64,000 bases of DNA from Candidatus Cryptobacteroides excrementigallinarum (GTDB taxonomy: Bacteria > Bacteroidota > Bacteroidia > Bacteroidales > UBA932). Below are positions 18,714 through 27,610 of this stretch, piece by piece. The stretch covers positions 39,576 through 103,575 of the forward strand of contig DVFY01000018.1 in assembly GCA_018713015.1 (NCBI GenBank). The letters run 5' to 3'. The notes beneath the pieces were generated by a model that had not been told where the DNA came from, did no database searches, and was given only the letters and a program-made list of their open reading frames with translations. Within the stretch, counting starts at the first letter, position 1. The number at the start of each line of letters is the position of its first letter. Position numbers and translations under genes: made by a program.

Positions 18714-21700
18714 ATGTACAGGAAGGGAAGTTACATAGTCGGCAGAATAGCCGGTCTGATCGCGATCTTGCTTCTGGGAAGCCTGGTCGCGGTCCAGACT
18801 CCCTTCGTACAGACGAAACTTACGCAGAAGGCGCTCGAACACCTGGTTCCCGCCATGCAGGGCAGGATAGGATACGACGAGCTCCGGATTCTCCCGTCGG
18901 GCGTGCTGCTGCTCAAGAATGCCGTCATTGTGGACTCGAACCCCTACACCGAGGACATTCACGGCAGGGGCTGGGAAAAGGTCGACACCCTGTTCAGGGC
19001 CAGAACCATCACCGCCACCTTCAGGCTGGCCAGCATATTCGGCGGCGGGAGCGTGCTCATCGACAGGGTCGATGTGAGCGACGCCATGATGCATCTGGCG
19101 GTCGAGCCGGGGGAAGTGACCAATCTAGAACGCATATTCGGGTTGGAGCAGACGGACGAAACCCCGGAGCCCGGGCCGGAGATTTTCAGCATCCGGAAAG
19201 TAAGGATAAGCAATTTCCGGTTCAGGCTCAACAACTTCTGCGAAGCCACGGCCGAATGGCCCGGATACGGCATCAACTATGACGACATCGACCTCACCAC
19301 CGACATGAACGGCCATTCGCTGAGGTTCGCGGGCGGGCGCATGTACGGAGTCGCCGACAAGGTCACTCTGACCGAGAAGTCGGGATACAGGCTGCTCCGC
19401 GCAAGCGGGCGCTGCGTCGCCGGACAGGGCAAGACCCTGGTGGAGAACTTCCGTCTGACCGACCCGTGGTCGCAGCTCAACGTCAAGTCCTTCTCGATGA
19501 CCTACGAAAATTTGGCATCCTTCGAGGACTTCATCTCAAAGGTGCTGATGGAATGCGAACTCAGGCCGTCCATGATAGGCATCCCCACCCTGAAATACCT
19601 CGCCGGCATCCTCGATGGTGTCGATTCGGAGCTGGAAGTCTACGGAGGCCGCTTCAGGGGCTATGTCAATGACTTCTCGCTCAGCGAATTCGACTTCAAG
19701 GACAAGGAGAGCGGAATATCCGGCCGCATAGGAGGGAACGCCATCGGGCTCCCCGACACGGAACGCATGCTGGCAAGCCTCAGGATAGAAGGGCTGAAAT
19801 TCAACACCTCCTCCCTGTCCGGAGTCCTGGCGGAATGGATTCCCGACGCCGGAATCCCCGACCTTTCGCAATATGCCCCCGGAATAGGCTTCAGCCTGGA
19901 CGCCAAGGTCAGCGGCCCCGTCGACAGACTGGCCGTGGAGGCGTCCCTGAAATCATCCGCAGGCATCCTGGCCCTCAACGCGGACGTAAGGAACCTTGCG
20001 AGCCCGGAACGGGGCGTCATGATTACGGGCGGAGTCGGGACTTCGGAGCTCGGGCTTGACAGAATCGTGCCCGGACTGCCTTTCGGCAACTGCAGCCTCG
20101 AAGCCAGGGCGGCCGCCATGCTGGACGGAGAGAGCGGCAGAATCAGGCTGGACACCCTCGACATAGGCAGCATAAGCTACAAGGGGATAGAATATTCCGG
20201 CATTTCCGCCTCCGGCAGCTTCATCGGCAATACGCTCAACTGCCTGGTGGAAAGTTCAGACCCTTCGCTCGAACTCAGCCTGCAGGCGCTCGCGACCCTC
20301 GGAAGCCGCGACAGCGTGTCCAGATACGCCGCAAGCGGCACCATAGGCAACATAGACCTCCACAAGCTCGGGATAGACCCCCGCGAAGGCATATCGAGAA
20401 TATCCATGGACCTGGACGCCGACCTCAGCGCCGCCGGCGGAGTGCTCGAAGGCCACGCTGCGCTGAACGGGGTCAAGGTCGAGAACAACGGCGGCAGTAC
20501 GGAGATAGGTGACATCTCCTTCCTTGCGTTCGACGGGAACGGCGAGCAGAATTTCAGCCTCAGGGCACCCTTTGCCGACCTGTCCTTCACCGGCGGCGGC
20601 GACATCGAAGGCTTCCTCGCGGACATGAGGGCCCTCACGCTGGACAGGCATCTTCCGGCCATATCCCCGGAGCCCGCCGACAGCAGCCGCACCGGCCGCA
20701 GGGAATACAGGCTGGAGGCCGTTTTCCATGATTCGAGGGAAGTCCTCTCCTTCGCGATGCCCGGCCTCTACATCGCGGACAGCACCCGTTTCGCCCTGTC
20801 GCTTTCCGCCGACGGCATGATGGACGCCAGCCTGCGCTCCCCCAGGCTCGCCTTCGGAAGGAACTACGTGCGCGAGGTGGAGATGGTGTTCGGAAGCACT
20901 GAACCGTCCATGGAACTGAAGCTTTCCGGCAGCGAGATGCGGGCGGGCAACATCATGGTCGAAAGGCCCGAATTCAGCGCGGACGCCCGGAAGAACAGTT
21001 TCGGCGCTGCGCTGAGCTTCGACGGCTTCGCCGGTGGCGGAAAGGACGGACGCCTGCTCATGCAGGGCGGCGTGGCCAGAGATTCGTCGGGAGTGCTGAC
21101 CATCAACGCCCACCCGCTGGATTCATATCTGGCCACCTCCGACGGCATCTGGGTCTTCGACGAATCCGACATAATCTATGACGGCAAGAACGTCAGGATC
21201 GACGGATTCAGGCTCAGCAAGGGACGGCAGCTGATCAGCATTGACGGCGCCTGGTCAAGGGACGAGACCGACACCCTCTCGGCGGAAGCCCGCGACATCG
21301 ACCTCGCCATCATAGACGAGTTCCTGCCGGAGAAGCTGGGCATACGCGGCAAGGCGCACGGAAAGGTCCTGCTCACCTCGGGGAACGGCCCGCTTCCGGG
21401 CATGCTGGTCAACATTCGGCTGGACTCGCTCGGAATAGGCGGAGCCGACGCGGGAAGCATCAGGCTGGCAAGTTCGATCGCGGAAGAGAGCAGCAGGCTC
21501 AGGCTGATACTGCGCCACACGGTGAAAGACAGGGAGGCGCTCACCGCCGACGGAAGCTATAACCTGAAGAACGGTGACGCCAGCCTCAAGGCGCATCTGG
21601 ACAGCCTTCCCCTGGCAGCGGCAGCGCCCTTCCTGCGGGAGATATTCGACGATTTCGGCGGAGCCGTCAGCGGAAACATCAGCATGACTCACGACTCCAG

Positions 21701-23321
21701 CGGCTTCACCGTCAGCGGTGACGCCCTCCATGTGGACGATGTCAGCCTCGGGCTGGCGTACACCGGAGTCAACTACCATATCAGCGGGCCTCTCGGACTG
21801 GACAACACGGGCCTACACTTCGACAACATCATAATCCGGGACGGAGCCGACGGAATCGCCTCGCTCTCCGGCACGATACGGCACTCCCAGCTCAAGGACT
21901 TCGAGCTGGACTCCCGGCTCAGCCTGGACAACATCAAGGTCGTAGACGCTTCGGAGGGCGGCAGCAGCGGCATCTACGGACTGCTGCGCGTCAGCGGCAC
22001 CGCAAATGTGAGCGGCCCCTTCAGCGCCCTCGGAATCAACGCGGCGGTACGGACCTCAGGCATAGGAAACATACACATACCCGCATCGGAAAGCGTTTCG
22101 GGCACAACCACCAACCTGCTGAGCTTCACCGAACCGCCCAAGCCCGTCGACCCCTACGACGAGATGCTGTCGGACTACACGTCAGCCTCCGCCGGCGGCG
22201 GGGACATAGACATACAGGCCAGGCTGACCGCCCATCCGGGTGTCACCGCCTACATCGAACTTGACAAATCGGCAGGAAGCATCGCCTCCTTCAGCGGAGA
22301 AGGAAGCGTCAGCGTGCACCTGCGGCCGTCCAGCTCCATATTCGACATAAACGGAGACTACAACATCAGCGAAGGAAGCTACACCTTCTCGATTCCTGGC
22401 ATCCTGAACCGCGATTTCGAAATACAGGAAGGCAGCAGCGTGAAGTTCAGCGGGAACATTCCCGACACGGAACTTGACATAGACGCGGTCTACAGGCTCA
22501 AGACCTCCCTGTCGTCGCTGATCGCCGACAACGGCGGCAGCTCCGACGACGCGGACAACGAATCCTCGGCCGGAGCCACGAGGGAGGTCGAATGCGGCAT
22601 CAACATCTCCGACAGGGTGCGCAATCCGCGACTCTCGTTCAGCATCAACGTGCCCGACCTCAACCCGACCGTGAAATCACAGGTGGAGAGCGCGCTCAAC
22701 ACCGACGACAAGGTGCAGAAGCAGTTCATGGCCCTGCTTCTGCTGGGCTCGTTCATCCCGGACGAAAGCTCGGGAGTCGTCAACGGCTCCGACATCCTGC
22801 TGTCGAACGTCACGGAACTCATGTCCAACCAGCTCAACTCCATCCTGCAGAAGCTCGACATCCCCCTCGACGTGGGAATAGGCTACCAGGGCACGAACGG
22901 AGGCACCAACGTCTTCGACGTCGCAATCTCCACCCAGCTTTTCAACAACAGGGTGATAGTCGGAGGCAACGTGGGCAACAGGCGCTACGGCAGCACCGCC
23001 GGCACGAACGGGGACGTGGTGGGCGACCTCGACATACAGATCAAGCTGGATCCCGAGGGCAAGTTCAGGCTCAACCTCTTCTCGCACTCGGCCGACGAGT
23101 ATTCGAACTACCTCGACTATTCGCAGCGCAACGGGGTGGGCATCAGCTACCAGAGGGAATATGCCAGGCTCGGCGACCTGCTGGGAAGCATTTTCGGCAC
23201 CAGGCGGAAGAAGGAGGAACAGAACGACAACGACGACGGACCGACCCGGATGACCGTCATAAGAATAGAAGATGAACAAGGGGAAACTATATCTGATACC
23301 GACTCCGCTGGGAGACAATGA
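18714..23321 (+). CDS. tamB: Translocation/assembly module TamB-domain protein
   Basis: N-terminal anchor followed by QTPFVQT, beta-rich 1535 aa, C-terminal QLFNNRVIVGGNVG..GDLDIQIKL..GVGISYQREY; TATCTTTG at 18696-18703. Confidence 0.8.
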   Translation: MYRKGSYIVGRIAGLIAILLLGSLVAVQTPFVQTKLTQKALEHLVPAMQGRIGYDELRILPSGVLLLKNAVIVDSNPYTEDIHGRGWEKVDTLFRARTITATFRLASIFGGGSVLIDRVDVSDAMMHLAVEPGEVTNLERIFGLEQTDETPEPGPEIFSIRKVRISNFRFRLNNFCEATAEWPGYGINYDDIDLTTDMNGHSLRFAGGRMYGVADKVTLTEKSGYRLLRASGRCVAGQGKTLVENFRLTDPWSQLNVKSFSMTYENLASFEDFISKVLMECELRPSMIGIPTLKYLAGILDGVDSELEVYGGRFRGYVNDFSLSEFDFKDKESGISGRIGGNAIGLPDTERMLASLRIEGLKFNTSSLSGVLAEWIPDAGIPDLSQYAPGIGFSLDAKVSGPVDRLAVEASLKSSAGILALNADVRNLASPERGVMITGGVGTSELGLDRIVPGLPFGNCSLEARAAAMLDGESGRIRLDTLDIGSISYKGIEYSGISASGSFIGNTLNCLVESSDPSLELSLQALATLGSRDSVSRYAASGTIGNIDLHKLGIDPREGISRISMDLDADLSAAGGVLEGHAALNGVKVENNGGSTEIGDISFLAFDGNGEQNFSLRAPFADLSFTGGGDIEGFLADMRALTLDRHLPAISPEPADSSRTGRREYRLEAVFHDSREVLSFAMPGLYIADSTRFALSLSADGMMDASLRSPRLAFGRNYVREVEMVFGSTEPSMELKLSGSEMRAGNIMVERPEFSADARKNSFGAALSFDGFAGGGKDGRLLMQGGVARDSSGVLTINAHPLDSYLATSDGIWVFDESDIIYDGKNVRIDGFRLSKGRQLISIDGAWSRDETDTLSAEARDIDLAIIDEFLPEKLGIRGKAHGKVLLTSGNGPLPGMLVNIRLDSLGIGGADAGSIRLASSIAEESSRLRLILRHTVKDREALTADGSYNLKNGDASLKAHLDSLPLAAAAPFLREIFDDFGGAVSGNISMTHDSSGFTVSGDALHVDDVSLGLAYTGVNYHISGPLGLDNTGLHFDNIIIRDGADGIASLSGTIRHSQLKDFELDSRLSLDNIKVVDASEGGSSGIYGLLRVSGTANVSGPFSALGINAAVRTSGIGNIHIPASESVSGTTTNLLSFTEPPKPVDPYDEMLSDYTSASAGGGDIDIQARLTAHPGVTAYIELDKSAGSIASFSGEGSVSVHLRPSSSIFDINGDYNISEGSYTFSIPGILNRDFEIQEGSSVKFSGNIPDTELDIDAVYRLKTSLSSLIADNGGSSDDADNESSAGATREVECGINISDRVRNPRLSFSINVPDLNPTVKSQVESALNTDDKVQKQFMALLLLGSFIPDESSGVVNGSDILLSNVTELMSNQLNSILQKLDIPLDVGIGYQGTNGGTNVFDVAISTQLFNNRVIVGGNVGNRRYGSTAGTNGDVVGDLDIQIKLDPEGKFRLNLFSHSADEYSNYLDYSQRNGVGISYQREYARLGDLLGSIFGTRRKKEEQNDNDDGPTRMTVIRIEDEQGETISDTDSAGRQ

Positions 23322-23979
23322 CCCTGCGGAAGTGCTGCCCGGAAGCGTGATGGAGAAAGCCTGCTCGCTGCGCGTGTTCGTGGTCGAGGAGACGAGGACG
23401 GCGCGGCGCTTCCTGTCCAGGTACGGGCTCAAGGGGCGCATAGGAGAACTGGAGTTCCATGAGCTCAACGAACACAGCTCCGCCGCCGACATCGAGGCGC
23501 TGGGCGCCCTGTTCGACTCCGGCGAGGACGTAGGCCTGCTGTCCGAAGCCGGCCTGCCGGCGGTGGCCGACCCGGGGGCCGAGCTCGTGGCCCTCTGCCA
23601 CAGGCGGGGAATCGAGGTGGTGCCGCTAGTGGGGCCCTCGTCGCTGATGCTCGCGCTGATGGCGTCGGGGCTGAACGGGCAGTCGTTCGCATTCTGCGGA
23701 TACGTGCCGGCCAAGACCGAGGAGCGCAGGTCCGCGCTGAAAGCCCTGGAGAAGCAGTCGGCCGCCGCCAGGAGGAGCCAGATAATAATCGAGACCCCGT
23801 ACCGCAACGACTCGCTTCTTGCCGACATGCTCCAGACCCTTGCGCCGCGCACCAGGCTCTGCATAGCCGCCGACATCACCCTCCCCTCCCAGTACATCAG
23901 AACCGACAGCATAGCGGGCTGGCGCGGCCACGTCCCCGTGATCGGCAAGCGGCCCTGTGTGTTCATAATCCTAGCATAG
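23272..23979 (+). CDS. SAM-dependent methyltransferase, RsmI-like tetrapyrrole methylase family
   Basis: GKLYLIPTPLG, VGLLSEAGLPAVADPG, VPLVGPSS, IETPYRN. Confidence 0.88.
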   Translation: MNKGKLYLIPTPLGDNDPAEVLPGSVMEKACSLRVFVVEETRTARRFLSRYGLKGRIGELEFHELNEHSSAADIEALGALFDSGEDVGLLSEAGLPAVADPGAELVALCHRRGIEVVPLVGPSSLMLALMASGLNGQSFAFCGYVPAKTEERRSALKALEKQSAAARRSQIIIETPYRNDSLLADMLQTLAPRTRLCIAADITLPSQYIRTDSIAGWRGHVPVIGKRPCVFIILA

Positions 23980-23983
23980 AGCG

Positions 23984-25429
23984 ATGAAGATAGCATTCCT
24001 GACTCTCGGCTGCAAGCTCAACTATGCCGAGACCTCCACCTACGAACGCGGATTCAAGGCAGCGGGGCTCGAAGTCGTGCCCTGGAACGAAAAGGCCGAC
24101 ATCTATCTGGTGAACACCTGCAGCGTGACCGCCGTCTCCGACAGGAAGTCGCGCAACCTCGTGCGCCGGGTGCACAGGGTGAACCCCGAGGCCATGGTGG
24201 TCGTGACCGGATGCAGTGCGGAGTTGCGCCGTGGCGAAATCGAAGGCATCGAAGGCGTCACGAGAGTGTTCGGCGCCAACGAGAAGACCCTGGTGGTGCC
24301 GGAGACGCTGAAGGCTGCAGGTCTTGCTGCCGATGGCGCAGATGGTGGTTGCATATCGGCTGACGGCGCAGGTGGTGGTTGCATATCGACTGCCGGCAGC
24401 GTGGGTGATGGTTGTCGCGAACGGGTTTGCAGCGGATTTGCAGCTGGCGGCAGCAGCACTGCCCAAGGTCGTCGCGGATTTGCAATCCGCGATGCGGAAT
24501 CAGGTTCAGCCGGGGTTGCTGCGGCCGCCGGCCCTGCATCAGCCGGAGCCGGTGCGGTCTTTGCGGCCTACAGCACCGGAGAGCGCACCCGCTCCTTCCT
24601 CAAGGTTCAGGACGGCTGCGACAACTTCTGCGCATATTGCACCGTCCCCTACGCACGCGGCCGCAGCCGCAACGTGCCCATAGCCGAATGCGTGGAGAAC
24701 GCCCGGAAGATTGCCGCCGAGGGCGTGAAGGAGATAGTGCTGACCGGAGTGAACACCGGCGATTTCGGGCGCACGACCGGCGAGAGCTTCCTCGAGCTGC
24801 TGCAGGCGCTGGACGCGGTGCCAGGCATCGAGAGATACCGCATATCGAGCATCGAACCGAATCTGATCACCGAAGAAATCATCGACTGGATCGCATCGGG
24901 GACGAAGTTCCAGCCGCATTTCCATATTCCGCTGCAGACGGGCTCCGACGAGCTGCTGCGCAGGATGGGGCGGAAATACGACACCGCGCTGTTCGCCTGG
25001 AAGCTGGAATACATACGCCGCAGCATGGAGACGCCCGGCTCGCCGAAAGTCTTCTTCGGCATAGACCTGATGACCGGACTGCCGGGAGAGACGGAAGGGC
25101 TGTTCCTGGAGAGCCTGGGGTTCCTGGAAAAGATACGGCCGGCCTTCATCCACGTATTCCCCTATTCGCGCCGGCCCGGGACGCCCGCAGCCTCAATGCC
25201 CGGCCAGGTGCCGGAATCCGAGAAGCACCGCCGCGTGGCCGCCATCGAGGAGCTATGCGCCCGCCTGCACACTGAATTCATCGAGGCCAACCGAGGTGTC
25301 CGCGAGAAGGTGCTGTTCGAATCCACCGACCGGGGCGGCCTCATGGAAGGCTATACGGGCAACTACATCCGCGTTTCCCGGCCCTACGACCCGGAGCTCG
25401 TCGGAAAGCTGGTGGAGGTGGTGCTGTAG
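23984..25429 (+). CDS. mtaB: tRNA methylthiotransferase MtaB (radical SAM) with an internal low-complexity insertion
   Basis: TLGCKLNYAE, NTCSVT, RTRSFLKVQDGCDNFCAYC, HVFPYSRRPGT, GYTGNY. Confidence 0.92.
   Translation: MKIAFLTLGCKLNYAETSTYERGFKAAGLEVVPWNEKADIYLVNTCSVTAVSDRKSRNLVRRVHRVNPEAMVVVTGCSAELRRGEIEGIEGVTRVFGANEKTLVVPETLKAAGLAADGADGGCISADGAGGGCISTAGSVGDGCRERVCSGFAAGGSSTAQGRRGFAIRDAESGSAGVAAAAGPASAGAGAVFAAYSTGERTRSFLKVQDGCDNFCAYCTVPYARGRSRNVPIAECVENARKIAAEGVKEIVLTGVNTGDFGRTTGESFLELLQALDAVPGIERYRISSIEPNLITEEIIDWIASGTKFQPHFHIPLQTGSDELLRRMGRKYDTALFAWKLEYIRRSMETPGSPKVFFGIDLMTGLPGETEGLFLESLGFLEKIRPAFIHVFPYSRRPGTPAASMPGQVPESEKHRRVAAIEELCARLHTEFIEANRGVREKVLFESTDRGGLMEGYTGNYIRVSRPYDPELVGKLVEVVL
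24329..24388 (+). repeat. Two tandem 30-bp copies (27/30 identical) in frame within mtaB
   Basis: GCCGATGGCGCAGATGGTGGTTGCATATCG / GCTGACGGCGCAGGTGGTGGTTGCATATCG. Confidence 0.9.
24472..24492. repeat. REP-like palindrome inside mtaB
   Basis: TCGCGGATT-TGC-AATCCGCGA, perfect 9-bp stem; same core as 56065-56093. Confidence 0.75.
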
Positions 25430-25461
25430 GTAGGAGCAAGGCTTGAAGATTACCGTACAGC

Positions 25462-25480
25462 CCCTATACTGCCGGCAGGC
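25462..25480 (-). repeat. 19-bp dispersed repeat (copy of 13577-13595)
   Basis: Reverse complement is GCCTGCCGGCAGTATAGGG, identical to 13577-13595. Confidence 0.8.
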
Positions 25481-25549
25481 AGCCTCCCCCGCGACGATTC
25501 CGGCGGCGACGGCAAGCAGGGAGACAAGGAGTTGCCGGAGTTTCAGGGG

Positions 25550-26410
25550 CTATTCGAGAACGAGCCCGTCGTAGGCGGGATGTACGTGCGGCGGGAGAAT
25601 CCTGCAGAAATCCTCGTATTTCGGAAGCAGGTGCGAGAGGTGGGTGATGTAGGACTCGCGGGCGCCGACCTTCGCGAAGAAGTCGAGGCACTGCTGCAGC
25701 GAGGGGTGGGAGCGGTGCTCCTCGGGCTTCACGCAGCCCAGGGTGATGTAGTCGAGGCCCTTGAGCTTTTCGTACTCCGAGTCGTCGATGTGCTTGATGT
25801 CCGTAAGGTATGCGATGTTGCCGAAGCGGTAGCCCAGCACGGAGAGGGTTCTGTCGCTCAGGTGCCAGCCCTGGATGGGGATGACCTCCGCCGTGGCGTC
25901 GGGCGCCGATTCGGGGGCGAGGTGGTGGTAGCCGAAACCCCTCTCCCAGACGAGAACCTCCTCGTTGGCGTTGGAGTGGACCGTTATGGGCTTCGAGGCG
26001 TCGATGGTGTGGACGCGCCATTCCGGGGCCCCGGGGTATTTGTGCTCGGCGAAGGCGTAGTCGTATTCGAGGCGCAGGGTGTCCTCCACATATTTCTGGC
26101 AGTAGATGTTGACCGGATGGCGCTCTATGAGGTTGAACGCCCGGATGTCGTCGAGACCGCCGGTGTGGTCCTTGTGGTTGTGCGTGAGCAGTATCGCGTC
26201 TATGTGGCGCACGTCCGCCCGGAGCATCTGGAAGCGGAAGTCGGGGCCAGCGTCGACGAGGATGGTGAGTCCGCAGTATTCCACGAGCACCGAGGAGCGC
26301 AGGTGCCTGTCCCTCGGGTCGGCGGATTTGCACACGGGACAGTCGCAGCCTATCATAGGCACGCCCTGGGAGGTCCCGGAGCCCAGGAAAGTGAGTCTTG
26401 CCTTTTCCAT
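25550..26410 (-). CDS. MBL-fold metallo-hydrolase (PhnP-like)
   Basis: FLGSGTSQGVPMIGCDCPVC, DAGPDFR, LTHNHKDHTGGLDD, THLSH. Confidence 0.92.
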   Translation of the reverse strand: MEKARLTFLGSGTSQGVPMIGCDCPVCKSADPRDRHLRSSVLVEYCGLTILVDAGPDFRFQMLRADVRHIDAILLTHNHKDHTGGLDDIRAFNLIERHPVNIYCQKYVEDTLRLEYDYAFAEHKYPGAPEWRVHTIDASKPITVHSNANEEVLVWERGFGYHHLAPESAPDATAEVIPIQGWHLSDRTLSVLGYRFGNIAYLTDIKHIDDSEYEKLKGLDYITLGCVKPEEHRSHPSLQQCLDFFAKVGARESYITHLSHLLPKYEDFCRILPPHVHPAYDGLVLE

Positions 26411-26426
26411 TGCGGGAGCAAAGATA

Positions 26427-27437
26427 CTAATTTATGTTGCACACTGAATCCCTGACAACCAGTTCCGTGTTCAATTCGAGCTGCGGGGTCTTGTCGGCGT
26501 TGCCCTCGATGCGGCTTATCAGTATCCTGGCGGCCAGCTTGCCCATCTCCTCGGTCGCCTGGCTCACCCTCGTGATCGGAGGGTGCATGTAGTCCAGGCT
26601 TATGTTGTCGTCGAAGGATATCACCGATATGTCCTTGCCGACCTTCAGCCCGCTGTCCCGTACCGCCCTCATGACTCCGAGGGTTATGGTGTAGCTGAGG
26701 GCGAAAATGGCCGTGGGGCGGTTCTGCCTGTTGAGGAGCAGCTTGGTCTCCAGGTATCCGTTCTGCTCGGAGAACTCGTCGCCCACTATGACCGCGCAGT
26801 CCAGCAGACCGCCGGCGCGCATCGCGCTCTCGAAGCCGTCGAGCCTCTTGCGGTTGGGCAGGGAGCTGATGTCCCCCTGGATGCAGGCGATGTTGCGGTG
26901 GCCGCTGTTGATCAGCATCATCGTGGCGTCGAAGGCGCCCTTGAAGTTGTTGGAAGTGACGTAGGGGATGTCGCGGCTGATGAAGAAACGGTCCACCAGT
27001 ACGACGGGCACGGAGCCGTTGAGCTTCTCGAAGAGCTCGGAACCGTTGCCGCAGGGGGCGGCCAGAATGCCGTCCACCTTCTTGGCAAGGAGGGTGGAGA
27101 CGCATTCGGACTGCTCCTCCTCGTTCTCCATGGTCACGACCACTATCGAGCTGTATCCCCTGGCACTCGCCTCCTGGATTATGGAGCCGCACATCTCGGC
27201 GAAGAAGGGATTCGTTATGGACGGGAGCATGACTCCGATAATCTTCGTCCTGTTCTTATGCAAAATTTGCGCAAGCGGACGGACGGAATAGTTGCATTTT
27301 TCGGCTTCGGCTCTTATCACCGCCGCTGCGCGTTCGGAAATACGGCTGTCGGAGCGCCCGCTGAGCACCCTGGATATCGTGGAAACGGAATATCCGGTAT
27401 TCTTCGCGATTGTGGACAGAGTTGTTTTCTTGGCCAT
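26427..27437 (-). CDS. LacI-family transcriptional regulator (divergent from the PUL)
   Basis: TLSTIAKNTGYSVSTISRVL HTH; NPFF, VVLVDR, DISVISFDD. Confidence 0.93.
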   Translation of the reverse strand: MAKKTTLSTIAKNTGYSVSTISRVLSGRSDSRISERAAAVIRAEAEKCNYSVRPLAQILHKNRTKIIGVMLPSITNPFFAEMCGSIIQEASARGYSSIVVVTMENEEEQSECVSTLLAKKVDGILAAPCGNGSELFEKLNGSVPVVLVDRFFISRDIPYVTSNNFKGAFDATMMLINSGHRNIACIQGDISSLPNRKRLDGFESAMRAGGLLDCAVIVGDEFSEQNGYLETKLLLNRQNRPTAIFALSYTITLGVMRAVRDSGLKVGKDISVISFDDNISLDYMHPPITRVSQATEEMGKLAARILISRIEGNADKTPQLELNTELVVRDSVCNIN

Positions 27438-27610
27438 GTAGAATCAGTGTTTTATGCAAAAATGCAAATTTCTACGCAAAATCACATAATTTGCTCACAA
27501 AAACGGGCGAACATTTATAAAATTTTTCCTATTCGGCAGCCACCAAACCGAAGTTTTTCGACAATTTCGGCTCCGGAATCATAAAAAATTAACACTAAAA
27601 TCTGTTTCTT

